A model generated the notes under the pieces. The model worked only from the letters and a program-made list of their open reading frames with translations, made no database searches and was not told where the DNA came from. A stretch of 63,613 nt of DNA, filler included, from Octopus bimaculoides (lineage: Eukaryota), in assembly GCF_001194135.2 (NCBI RefSeq). It is 4 parts of 3 records of this genome, joined end to end, with 100 filler letters (N's around TTAATTAATTAA, not from the genome) between each part and the next. Parts side by side here need not be neighbours in the genome. Positions count along the whole stretch, not along the records: positions 12,093 to 33,212 come from NC_068989.1; positions 33,313 to 50,949 come from NC_068985.1; 2 more parts are not named here. One strand, 5' to 3'. Numbering within the stretch: position 1 is the first letter of the stretch; each line of letters opens with the position of its first letter. Positions 27,405 to 38,281 of the stretch are shown piece after piece. The position numbers and the translations under genes were made by a program.

Positions 27405-29056
27405 CATACCTATAAATATATATATGTGTATATGTATGTATGCATGCATATATGTACGTGTGTGAGCGTGCGTATGTACGTACGTATGAGCGTATGAGTG
27501 TTTGTAGGACAGAGAATGTGTATGTGACTATGTTAACTTTCTTACGAATTACATTATATGGTGATTTTGCTGTGACATCATTCTTCATAGAAAGGTAATG
27601 TGTTGATGACACTTGGAGAAGTAGGCAGCTGTTTACTTTAATATGGCAACACCTACCTCAACCGCTACCAACTCTTCAAAGCCGACATTTGTCCCCATTT
27701 CTATCTGATTTACTTGTATCTCTCTTTTCTTTTCTTCTTTCTTATTTGATATTCCTTATTAGCAACTCCCACTTCTTCAGGATTTCAAAGACACTTCTTT
27801 CATGGCCTGATATGACGCATAAGTTAATGCTCCCACTGGCCACGATTTAGATTACCTTCTCACAAATTGTGCTACCTCTGACGAAGCTGCGCAGTGGTTT
27901 TATTCCAAAATATCTCTTCAGTTCAGAAATTTAAAAATTTATTTATACAGGCAATCGATGTGAGCAAGGTACCTCACATCGGCTCGAAGTTTACAAGAAA
28001 ATAATTCCACGATTCAAATTGTGAATGAATGCAACTGCATCTGTTGAGATTTTCACAGTAAAATATTACTTGATATTATAAGCACTAATTTCTTTGTCCT
28101 GAAGGCAGAATCGGTTACCGCTGGTGCTTCTAAACAGTAACTTACTGAAGGCAGTGAAGTAACAGCAATGTTAGAGAGAGGGATGTAGCTCTTCATGTTA
28201 TTTGTTAGGGCTTTCTGAGATTAAAATTCCGCCGAGGAAAACTTTCTCATTTCAAGATCGATGAATAAAGTAGCAGTCATATACTGGCGTCATTTCTTAA
28301 AATGTTCGTCATCTTTTCTTCTTTTTCTTTTCTGTCTATCGTTATTTCTCTTTGAAAGAAATTAATTGAGGTCAAACATGAAGAGCGAAGTGTACCGCTA
28401 AGATTAAAAACGCCAAAGAAACGCTGTTAATCATAATGGAGCTTTTACGACTTCATCGTGAGTTGCTCTTTCAGTGCATGTTAGGATAAGTGCCAGTTTA
28501 CAGTATAAAAGAGAACCAGAACCTCTGGTGGTATCTGTAGCAGTCGTCTAGCCAATAGACTTATAAGTGTTTGACTGCCTTATTATTTTTAACTTACCGA
28601 GAATCGTACTTTGACACATTTACCAATATATAGTCTCAAAGATATAGAAGCCAAAACTTCCACAATTCGTACCTTTATTGACCTAGAAAAAAAAGAAAGA
28701 AATAGCATTAGATAACGTAGTCCTAAATTTATTGAGTCTGTAAACAAATAGTGAATTGTGATTCGAGGAATATTTGGTTGTTATTTCTAATAGATCGATT
28801 GACCGTGTAGAAGCTGACAATATACTTGTCTAAAATGGTATATGTATCTAATTTTGTCCAGATTATGACCAACTAATGTTCAGACAGTTTTTTCTAGCTC
28901 AGATGCCTCAACTTGTATTAAGTATAACCCTTTTCTAAAAATTTTATTGTTAAAGAACTGCGGTAATTTATCATATACACCATGGTAACCCGGGCTCTGG
29001 AAAAGACTCTGCAGTGTCCACTTCCCTTTGTAACCTAAACTTGTGCTTATTTTGTT

Positions 29057-29220
29057 AGACATGGTTGTGCGGTTAAGAAGCCTGCTTTGCAACCGCTTGG
29101 ATTCTAGTTCAACCCCACAGCACGGCACATTGGGCGTCTTCTGCTATTGTCTTAGATCGGCCAATACTTTGTGAGTAAATTTGGTAGACAGAAACTGTAT
29201 GGAAGCCTCACACACATTCT
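29057..29220 (+). mobile_element. SINE family B head, truncated by a gap
   Basis: ggttgtgcggttaagaag...ttggtagacagaaactg. Confidence 0.75.
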
Positions 29221-29878
29221 CTCTCTCTCTCTNNNNNNNNNNNNNNNNNNNNNNNNNNNNNNNNNNNNNNNNNNNNNNNNNNNNNNNNNNNNNNNNNNNN
29301 NNNNNNNNNNNNNNNNNNNNNNNNNNNNNNNNNNNNNNNNNNNNNNNNNNNNNNNNNNNNNNNNNNNNNNNNNNNNNNNNNNNNNNNNNNNNNNNNNNNN
29401 NNNNNNNNNNNNNNNNNNNNNNNNNNNNNNNNNNNNNNNNNNNNNNNNNNNNNNNNNNNNNNNNNNNNNNNNNNNNNNNNNNNNNNNNNNNNNNNNNNNN
29501 NNNNNNNNNNNNNNNNNNNNNNNNNNNNNNNNNNNNNNNNNNNNNNNNNNNNNNNNNNNNNNNNNNNNNNNNNNNNNNNNNNNNNNNNNNNNNNNNNNNN
29601 NNNNNNNNNNNNNNNNNNNNNNNNNNNNNNNNNNNNNNNNNNNNNNNNNNNNNNNNNNNNNNNNNNNNNNNNNNNNNNNNNNNNNNNNNNNNNNNNNNNN
29701 NNNNNNNNNNNNNNNNNNNNNNNNNNNNNNNGAGATGAGGAACAAATGAGGACAAATATCCGTCAAATATAAAATAATGTAAATAATGAAGATAAAAGAA
29801 GATTAAATCCCTCTGTGTACGTTTGTGTGTGCGTGTGCGTGTGCGTGTGCGTGTGCGTGCGTGTGCGTGTACGTGCGC

Positions 29879-29916
<38 letters not shown>

Positions 29917-30955
29917 ACAGTGATGATATGGGGGTAAGTAGCTACAACAATAGCAACAATAACAACATCAACAACAACGATCGTTCTCATGTCGACTCAT
30001 TCGTCCGACATCTATGTAATCAACAACCGTATTGAATACTTTTTTTTTCTTATTTTCTTACCTCCATCATTTAAACAAGATATAGCAGCAAATATACAAG
30101 TAAAAGATAACAATATTGAAATAAAGTAACTAATACTCCTACATATAAAGGAGTACACAACATTGTTGCACTATCTAATATTGGTCAAACGCCTATGAGT
30201 CTTAACAAACGGATGATAATGCACTTACAAATTCGTGTGACTTTCATACATTCCTTAAAGATGACATATGCATACGTATGCGCGTGCACACAAATAGAGA
30301 CATTCACACACATACATACACACATGCACGCACACACACACACACACACACGCACGCACACACACACACATTCATTCGTATGTGTACAAGTTGACAAGGT
30401 AAAGTCGCATGCGACTTTACCTTGTCAACTTGTACGGCATTTTCGATAAATTTTCGATGTTATACACGCATACATATAGATACATACCTACATGCAAACA
30501 TACATGCAAACATACATACATACATACATACATACATCCGTACGTACGGACATACAATTTACTATTCCTCTATTTGTAGGATCGACAAAACAAAATACTC
30601 CATCCAGTCAGAGATATTATTTAATATATGATATTTAAATACTATGTATATTAAATTATATATACATACAAATGCACACAATATATACACATGCATATGT
30701 ATGTGCAGAGTACATACATGCACACATATAAACATATAAGCATATATTTATATAGAGAGAGGGGGGAGGGGGAGAGAGAGAGAGAGAGAAAAACATACGC
30801 ATTCCACACATACACACACACATACACACACACATACACATTCGTACACACAGAGAAAAATCTTTAGCTAAATCAATTCACGCATGTCTGTGCATCGTTC
30901 CGCTGGTATAATTTCGGGGGATTTGCTATCGCTTATTTTTCAACTCCATACTCAC

Positions 30956-30970
30956 TGACGTCACTTCCGC
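30956..30970 (-). promoter_or_regulatory. Composite ETS-CRE motif GCGGAAGTGACGTCA
   Basis: Exact 15-mer overlap of ETS (CGGAAGT) and CRE (TGACGTCA) sites in CpG-containing sequence I could not assign to a repeat. Function is inferred only. Confidence 0.45.
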
Positions 30971-32122
30971 TCCCTTTTAACATACGCGTGTCTTATCGCT
31001 TTGTTTCTAAATTTGTCACTCAAATAAAATTCATATTTCTTTGTGGTACGTGTACAGCGTCATGTTTCTTGTTCTATAAATATACATACATATATGTTTC
31101 ACTTAAATTTAATCTGCGAAGCGATACACGCCATTGTTTACAAGCGACTTAGAAAACTTTCATTAAGCAATTAGTTAAATTTACGTCAATTAAATCTCAA
31201 TAGTGAAGCTTTTTATTTCGTTATAAGTTTTTTTGTTGTTTTTTTTTTTTTGCTAGGTATACAGCAGTTTCACATTTTCAAGCATAATTCCTCGAGCATA
31301 AACAAAATACCATTTCATTATCGTTTGTAGAGTATATACGTATCACGTTTATATCCATATACATGTAATATATATGTATATATAAATGTGTATGTAGGTA
31401 TGCCTTTGTCTATCTATTCATCTATTTATTTGTCTATATATGGTAGAAAAATTTTTTTTTTTAACCTATGAAGATGAGGTAAACAAAACAAATGTTAGGT
31501 GGTACACAGGAAAATTAGATGTCTTTAATGTTTCGAGCCTATGCTCTTCTGGGGAAAAGATAGATGAGGAGAGAGAGAAATAAGGAAAAAGAACGAGCTT
31601 GTCTCAATCAGATGGTTAGTGCATGCTAATATGACCATGAGAGGAAGAAATAGGCTTTAGGCGTGGGTATGAAGGGGATAACAGTGATCTGGCATGTATG
31701 TGCGTGCGTGCGTGTGTGTGCGCGTCTGTCTGTCTGTCTGTCCGTCCGTCTGTCTGTTTTTTGCATCCTACCTTCCTCAAAATAACGACGCATTTGGATA
31801 ATGTGCTTTTAAGGGTACTGTGCCTGGCGGAACAATATGGCTTTGGTTATTATAAGTATGGCCATTTAGTGACGACGTGGGGGTTAAAAAAGCAGCGCAA
31901 AAATACACTAAGAAATAAAAGACAGTGTCAAGTGCTGTACGCTATCTTCAAGGTAGCGTGTTAGTACACATACATATGTACATACATGCAGACATGTGTG
32001 TGTGTGTGCTTGTGTGTGTGTGTGTGTGTGTTTGTGCGTGTGCGCGTGTGCACGTGCGCGTTTATCTTCTATCAGTTTTTGATCTGCAGCCATACTGAGG
32101 CACTGCCTTGAAGCGTTTAATC

Positions 32123-32427
32123 CAGTATTTCTCGACTATTTTTTCCCTATGGACCCCGTTGACTCCTATTTTACTAGAATGCACCCTCCTAGCCATTGGA
32201 TGTTTTAAAAAATCATATCATGATTTTATAATTAAATAGTGGTTTCAAGTTTTGGCACAAGGCCAGCAAGTTTCAAGGGAGGAGAGAAGTCGATTACATC
32301 GACCCAGTTTTAAACACATACACACACATGTATGCATGTGTGTACATATATAAGTGTACTAACACGCTACCTTGAAGATAACCGATTTATTGCAGATAAA
32401 AAGTTTAGCACCAAAATCTTATATGGA
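32123..32427. mobile_element. hAT-Charlie-like MITE interrupted by a SINE A fragment
   Basis: Left end cagtatttctcgac and right end ggaccccagttgagaacc. Confidence 0.5.
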
Positions 32428-32608
32428 CCCCAGTTGAGAACCTTTTAATCAAACAACTCGATTTTAGTACTTTTCTCTTTTTTTTAAAGTTTGGTACTTA
32501 TTCCAATGGCTCTTTTGCCGAACTACTAGGTAATGGGACCGTAAACAAACCAACACTTGTCAAACCACACACCTTCCCAGACACACACACTGACCCCTAT
32601 ACTTAGAA

Positions 32609-32774
32609 CAGTAGTTCCCAACTTTTTCACTACCAAGGACCCGTTTTATTTAAATGAGTTTTCCCACGGACCCCAGGATATTGAAAGGTCTGTCAGCTTA
32701 ACATGTTCATGGAACCCCCAGTGCTACCTTTGTGGACCACCAAGGGTCTACGGACCACAGGTTGGGAACCACTG
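32609..32774. mobile_element. hAT-Charlie (MER5-like) MITE, 166 bp
   Basis: TIRs CAGTAGTTCCCAAC and GTTGGGAACCACTG; 8-bp TSD acttagaa/acttaaaa. Confidence 0.9.
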
Positions 32775-32795
32775 ACTTAAAAGATAATACAACAT

Positions 32796-33212
32796 AGAGG
32801 ATTTGTAAGACACAGTGTTAGACGACTGCTGTTGTCGTTAGGCCTAACTCATCGTAAGGTAAATACCACCTTGACCGATATCCAAAATACAGTGGAGAAG
32901 GCTAGCCACTGGATTTGGTTAAAAAGAGACGATGAGCAATGGCTAGAGAAATATTGAGCTTTGTTTTTAATAACCAGTTGGTCTAGCAAGCGGGGCCTCA
33001 TATCAGTGAGGGGGGCCGGTGCGCATTGATGCCGTCGAGGGGTAGGCCCCGAAACGGCGCGCATTCTCTCCTGATGACCCCATACACTTGCTGGCTTCCG
33101 GTATGCGGAGTTCTCGACTGGTAGCACTTGCATGTGCGAGTTGTTTGCAAGACATCCCTCATATAAACTGAACTAATTGAACTCATCTATCGTCACGCAG
33201 AAAATAAACCAA
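32796..33212 (+). mobile_element. 3' end of a HERO-like (REL-endonuclease) non-LTR retrotransposon
   Basis: 32796-32957 encodes RGFVRHSVRRLLLSLGLTHRKVNTTLTDIQNTVEKASHWIWLKRDDEQWLEKY*. This matches the recalled HERO C-terminal pattern (EVGCRGF...EKASxWLWLKR). A 3'UTR follows. Confidence 0.7.
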
Positions 33213-33312
33213 NNNNNNNNNNNNNNNNNNNNNNNNNNNNNNNNNNNNNNNNNNNNTTAATTAATTAANNNNNNNNNNNNNNNNNNNNNNNNNNNNNNNN
33301 NNNNNNNNNNNN

Positions 33313-33847
33313 ATTCCGGGTAGAGGTAGGGGTCCACCAAGGTTCTGTCCTCAGCCCCCTCCTATTTATCATAGTCCTCCAAGCGATCACAGAGGAATTC
33401 AGAGGAATTCAAGACAGGTTGCTCCTGGGAGCTCCTCTATGCTGATGACCTTGCACTAATTGCGGAGTCACTATCAGAACTAGAGGAGAAGTTTCAGGTG
33501 TGAAGGCAAGGACTAGAATCGAAGGGACTTAGAGTCAAGCTAGCTAAAACCAAAATCCTAATGAGCACGAAGGTAGATAAAACACAAACCCCTTCAGGTA
33601 GATGGCCCTGCTCAGTATGTAGAAAAGGAGTAGGTAGTAACTCTATAACATGTACCCAGTGCAAGCTATGGACACATAAGAGGTGCAGCAATATCAAAGG
33701 CAGGTTATCTAGGAAGTTAGTTTTTGTATGTAGCAGATGTTCAGGTGCAATAAACACTGTAAACAAACACAAAACAACTTCTGTCTCATTCCAGGGAGAC
33801 AAACTAGAGGTAGTCGATAGCTTCTGCTATCTGGGTGACCAAGTTAG
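33313..33847 (+). mobile_element. RTE-clade LINE RT fragment (same family as 47285-49563)
   Basis: GVHQGSVLSP, LLYADDL and a Cys-rich CSVC..CTQC..HKRC..CSRC segment; bounded by gaps. Confidence 0.92.
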
Positions 33848-34944
33848 NNNNNNNNNNNNNNNNNNNNNNNNNNNNNNNNNNNNNNNNNNNNNNNNNNNNN
33901 NNNNNNNNNNNNNNNNNNNNNNNNNNNNNNNNNNNNNNNNNNNNNNNGTGTGTGTGTATATATATATATGTGTGTGTGTGTGTAGGTATGTATAAATACA
34001 TGCTAAATTATACGACAAAGTTAGGTCATGAAATTAGGTGGACTGATGCATAAAATACAAGTGGAAGGTTGGAGATGCACTTGAACCTTAGTAGAATTAG
34101 AAAATTAAGTTAGATTACAATGGATACCTGACTATAACCGGGAAGGCACCGTAGCTCTAATTTAAGGAAGGGATTACTATAGTTAATGGGTCAGTTAAAA
34201 ACATCTCACTTCGAACCCCAAACTATCCATTAATAGGAGTTAACCTGTAATAGTGCAGACCAACCCTAGGTTGCGGCACTATAGTCTGTGCAGCTTATAA
34301 GTGTAGATTGTATAAGTTTCAATATAGGATTATTATTAATAATAATAATAATACGAAGAAGAAGAAGAAGAAGAAGAAGAAGAAGAAGAAGAAGAAGAAG
34401 AAGAAGAAGAAGAAGAACAACAACAACAACAACAACAATAACAATAATAATAGTAGGAGAAGAGGTTGTGAGCGCACACAATAGTAAGGATGGAAGCAGA
34501 CCATATAGAAAGAATTGTAATAAAGATGTAAGCGGCGGCTGGGAATTGGCTACCCAGACCTAGGAACAACTAGTAGACATTCACAGGAGAGCACTAACAA
34601 TAGAAAAGATTAAGGAGTTACCTCTCCTGTATATCAAAATCAAAATATAATCAAAACAGCATGGCGGAAAACGGTATAGTTAAATAATTTTTAATAATCT
34701 GTTCTGATCGATAATTGTATTTTTTGGTCATTTGTTCTAATGGAAGCCATTCCTGAGGAAGTGCGAAACGTCAGACATCCAACGGATCAGTCGTTGGATA
34801 AAGTTGAGCACAGAAATGTTGACATCGAATGGTAAATAATTGAATAAATGGGAAAAAATCGACAGTCTTGAAAGTCTCTATCCTTTTGAATATACAAATT
34901 TGAAACCTTGGAAATATGTATATATATATGTATATACATATATA

Positions 34945-35923
34945 TGTAGTGAAACCACCTCTCTCAGTTATTTATTTATAAATGCGAACGTAGCAGGTAA
35001 CATCTATCTCTTTCCCGCCTTGGACCCCTGCTGTCCATCACCCTGACTGACTCTTATTTGCGCGGCATTTGTCTCCAGTTCTGTTTCGCACCAGGGTGCA
35101 AACCGACCAATTGTGGCCATCTAATAAGGTCACGTGAGAGAGTGTTTTTCTGATCTTTCTGGAGCCTCTATTTACCTATAAATAGCCTGCTTTATCCGCG
35201 TCACTTTGTCGCGGCTTCAAACCTGCTAAGGTCTGGTCGTTGACCACGTAACACCAACCAGCCAGTTTCCAGCGACGACATCAACTCCATCGTTCAACTG
35301 TTTACTACAAACTTCGTCCCCAACGTCTCTACGTACACAAGCTACCAACTACAACCGCAGCTTCTCTCAACACTACTGTTTGTGTGAATTGTTTTACCAC
35401 GAAATAACAGCCAGAATTCGACACCTGCGAGAAACCATCTGTATCAAGTAGCCCGGCCCCGGATAGAAGCCTCAACTGCACGACAAGTGACTTAGCTCTG
35501 CCTCAACGCCTCGCCCTCTTATATACAGACTTTCTAACTACTGTGTACCTTAACTGAGAACTGGTATTTTCTTATCCGTGTTACAGACTCTTTTCTATGC
35601 TCTGTATCTCTTGCATTCACATACATATATTTGTATACATACACTCTTTTGTTTACATGACGGCCTGTCTTATATTATGTTTTATTATGTCGCATTCACA
35701 CACACAGAGACATACAGTTTAATGCTCTAATAAACTTTACTGTTATACATCTTTATCGGTTGAGTCATCCCTATCTTTTCCTTCCTGGCATTTCCTAGTT
35801 CACTTATGTTATAGTATTATAACATATAATATAATATTTTTTGTGTCGACCGTGCGACGCGTTAAAAGGAGCCTGTTTCCATTCGTCACCATTCTCCTTT
35901 GGTTCGCACGGTCGTTTCTCTAC

Positions 35924-35924
<1 letters not shown>
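34945..35924 (+). mobile_element. Solo LTR (LTR-B family), 980 bp
   Basis: TGTAGTGAAAC...GTTTCTCTACA termini, E-box GTCACGTGA, TATAAATAG and AATAAA; TATA/TATA flanks in a (TA)n tract. Confidence 0.85.
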
Positions 35925-35956
<32 letters not shown>

Positions 35957-36452
35957 GGTCCAGATGGACTATATGTAATCTGAACCTTTCCCCACTTATT
36001 TTTTTTTACGGAATCCCACGTTTTAGACTATGGAGATTCCGATTCTGAAAAAAATTTTTCAAAAATCTCAATTTCAAAATTTCGATCCCCCTCCCCCGGC
36101 TTTTTATATAGATCCACAGGGTAAACCTAACCCTAACTCAAACCCTAACCCTGACCCTAACCCTAACACTAGTTTTGTGNNNNNNNNNNNNNNNNNNNNN
36201 NNNNNNNNNNNNNNNNNNNNNNNNNNNNNNNNNNNNNNNNNNNNNNNNNNNNNNNNNNNNNNNNNNNNNNNNNNNNNNNNNNNNNNNNNNNNNNNNNNNN
36301 NNNNNNNNNNNNNNNNNNNNNNNNNNNNNNNNNNNNNNNNNNNNNNNNNNNNNNNNNNNNNNNNNNNNNNNNNNNNNNNNNNNNNNNNNNNNNNNNNNNN
36401 NNNNNNNNNNNNNNNNNNNNNNNNNNNNNATGTGTGTGTGTGTGTGTGTGTG

Positions 36453-37165
36453 TGTAGTGGATCTTGCATGCATGAAGTGGATTCGATCCACTATAGCCAA
36501 ATTTAAATCAACACTGCAACAGAACTTTTCCCACGGTAGATCAATAGTTTTTCTCTGACAACAGTTTAATATTTTCCAGATGCTTTTAGTTACGCCGAAA
36601 CAATGTCTTCACCACTTGACCCTTTCTAACCTCTCCTACATCACAAAAATCTAGAATAGGGATAACAAGACCACCAACTAAATCTATTGTTCTCAATAAT
36701 ATCTATCCTTCTTTATTGTTATAAAAGCAAGGAAACCCCAAGAAAAATTTAGTTTAGTCACCAGTCGGTGACGACTCAACTAGTTTAGTCACCATTCGGT
36801 GACAACTCAACCAGTTTAGTCACCAGTCGGCAACGACTCAACCAGTCCAGTCACATGGTGACGACTCAATGAGAATGAAGTCTGGCTGACCAGCTAGAAC
36901 CTTGGCAAGAAGAAAGAAATGAAGTTTACTGCCAGCAGCTGTGAGACAATGTCGCACACCCTACAACTGTCTGTTTACTACTACAAGATCGTGTACACAC
37001 ATATACAGGCCGAAATTAACTTTCTTTACCTTGCATGCTTTACAAACTGTGTTATACTATTACACTAACCTACCCGTCGTGATATGGCATTTATTAAAGT
37101 AACGGTAAATAAATATTTCTTTACAACTTCGATCACTCTTCATCGTTCATCTTATAACCATTACA
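36453..37165 (+). mobile_element. 5' LTR (LTR-D) followed by multiple PBS-like sites
   Basis: TGTAG...TTACA termini, TATAAAAG at 36720, AATAAA at ~37108, then AT-TGG at 37166-37170. Confidence 0.75.
36751..36870 (+). repeat. 31-bp tandem repeat x4 (agtttagtcaccagtcggtgacgactcaac) inside LTR-D
   Basis: Units start at 36751, 36782, 36813 and 36844 (the last is degenerate). Each contains a GTCACC-N4-GGTGAC-type palindrome. Confidence 0.9.
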
Positions 37166-37552
37166 ATTGGTAACTACACAAAATTATCATCACTACAACT
37201 AAAAACATTATCGTACAATTTGTGAACCCGAACAAGAGAATTACTGCAATAGCAACCAATCTCTACCGTTACAATTGGTGACCCCGTAAAAAAAGAATTG
37301 CTGCCTTCTGAAACTGCATTACCAACAGTTTCAACTGGCGACCCCGAGCGAAAGAATTACTACCTTTTGCTGATTCGAACTAAAGAACTACAGTCTTCAT
37401 ATCTACTGTCGCTGAACCAAAGAAAATTAATGACAACCTTCGTCACCACCAAAATGCACCCTCCATCGAACTGCTACAAAAAGCACTATACTGCGATGAA
37501 ATCTACGATGCACTTCACAACGATGCAACACTGCTGTAGTGGAATCACCAGA

Positions 37553-38281
37553 ATGTAGTGTGTTTTTGTTGAGTGTCGGTGCGATAGGCATGTGTTTGCC
37601 TGAGGAATGACAAAGTGATAACTGGTTCAATTATAACAATTTTATTAGCTGGAGTTAATAAATACTACTTGCCACTACAATCAATTTTGACAACTTGCTT
37701 CGAGTTGCTAGACAAATGATGGAACCAGGATATGTTTGTGTGTGTTCGTTCTCTCATCTTGCTTGGCCGGCGAAAAATCTCTGTCTCACATTAGCAGAGG
37801 TCTCATAGTAGCAGTCTCCCTGTCTGNNNNNNNNNNNNNNNNNNNNNNNNNNNNNNNNNNNNNNNNNNNNNNNNNNNNNNNNNNNNNNNNNNNNNNNNNN
37901 NNNNNNNNNNNNNNNNNNNNNNNNNNNNNNNNNNNNNNNNNNNNNNNNNNNNNNNNNNNNNNNNNNNNNNNNNNNNNNNNNNNNNNNNNNNNNNNNNNNN
38001 NNNNNNNNNNNNNNNNNNNNNNNNNNNNNNNNNNNNNNNNNNNNNNNNNNNNNNNNNNNNNNNNNNNNNNNNCCTGTGTGTGTTGATGTCTTGCTGACCA
38101 CTCTATTTATAAGAATCGTGGCAGCTAGAAGGACATACATACTGCAGCAGAGTTTGTACGTAAATAGGTCAGATGCTGACCAGTTGAACTTCGCCTGACA
38201 TTATAAGGTCGAAGGTTAAAGGGAGATCACTTTTTGACAGGACAAAGAAAACCTGTTTTTCGTGCCTGTTGATTGTCGTGG
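37553..38281 (-). mobile_element. LTR-C copy 1 (contains a gap), 5'-truncated
   Basis: Near-identical direct repeat of 39603-40103. The minus strand has TATAAATAG and ends CACTACA-TTC-TGGTGA. Confidence 0.8.

Noticed and set aside
27956-27981. 9-bp perfect hairpin cgatgtgag/ctcacatcg
   Set aside because: A stem of this length is plausible by chance in 63 kb and has no supporting context.
28495-28515. Isolated TATAAAAG (and TATAAATGAGTCA near 13630)
   Set aside because: TATA-like words are frequent in AT-rich DNA; there is no LTR terminus or exon to support them.
37161-37375. CRISPR-like reading of the repeat/variable-spacer units
   Set aside because: The repeats are degenerate, there are only 3-4, they derive from an LTR end plus PBS, the context is eukaryotic and there are no cas genes.
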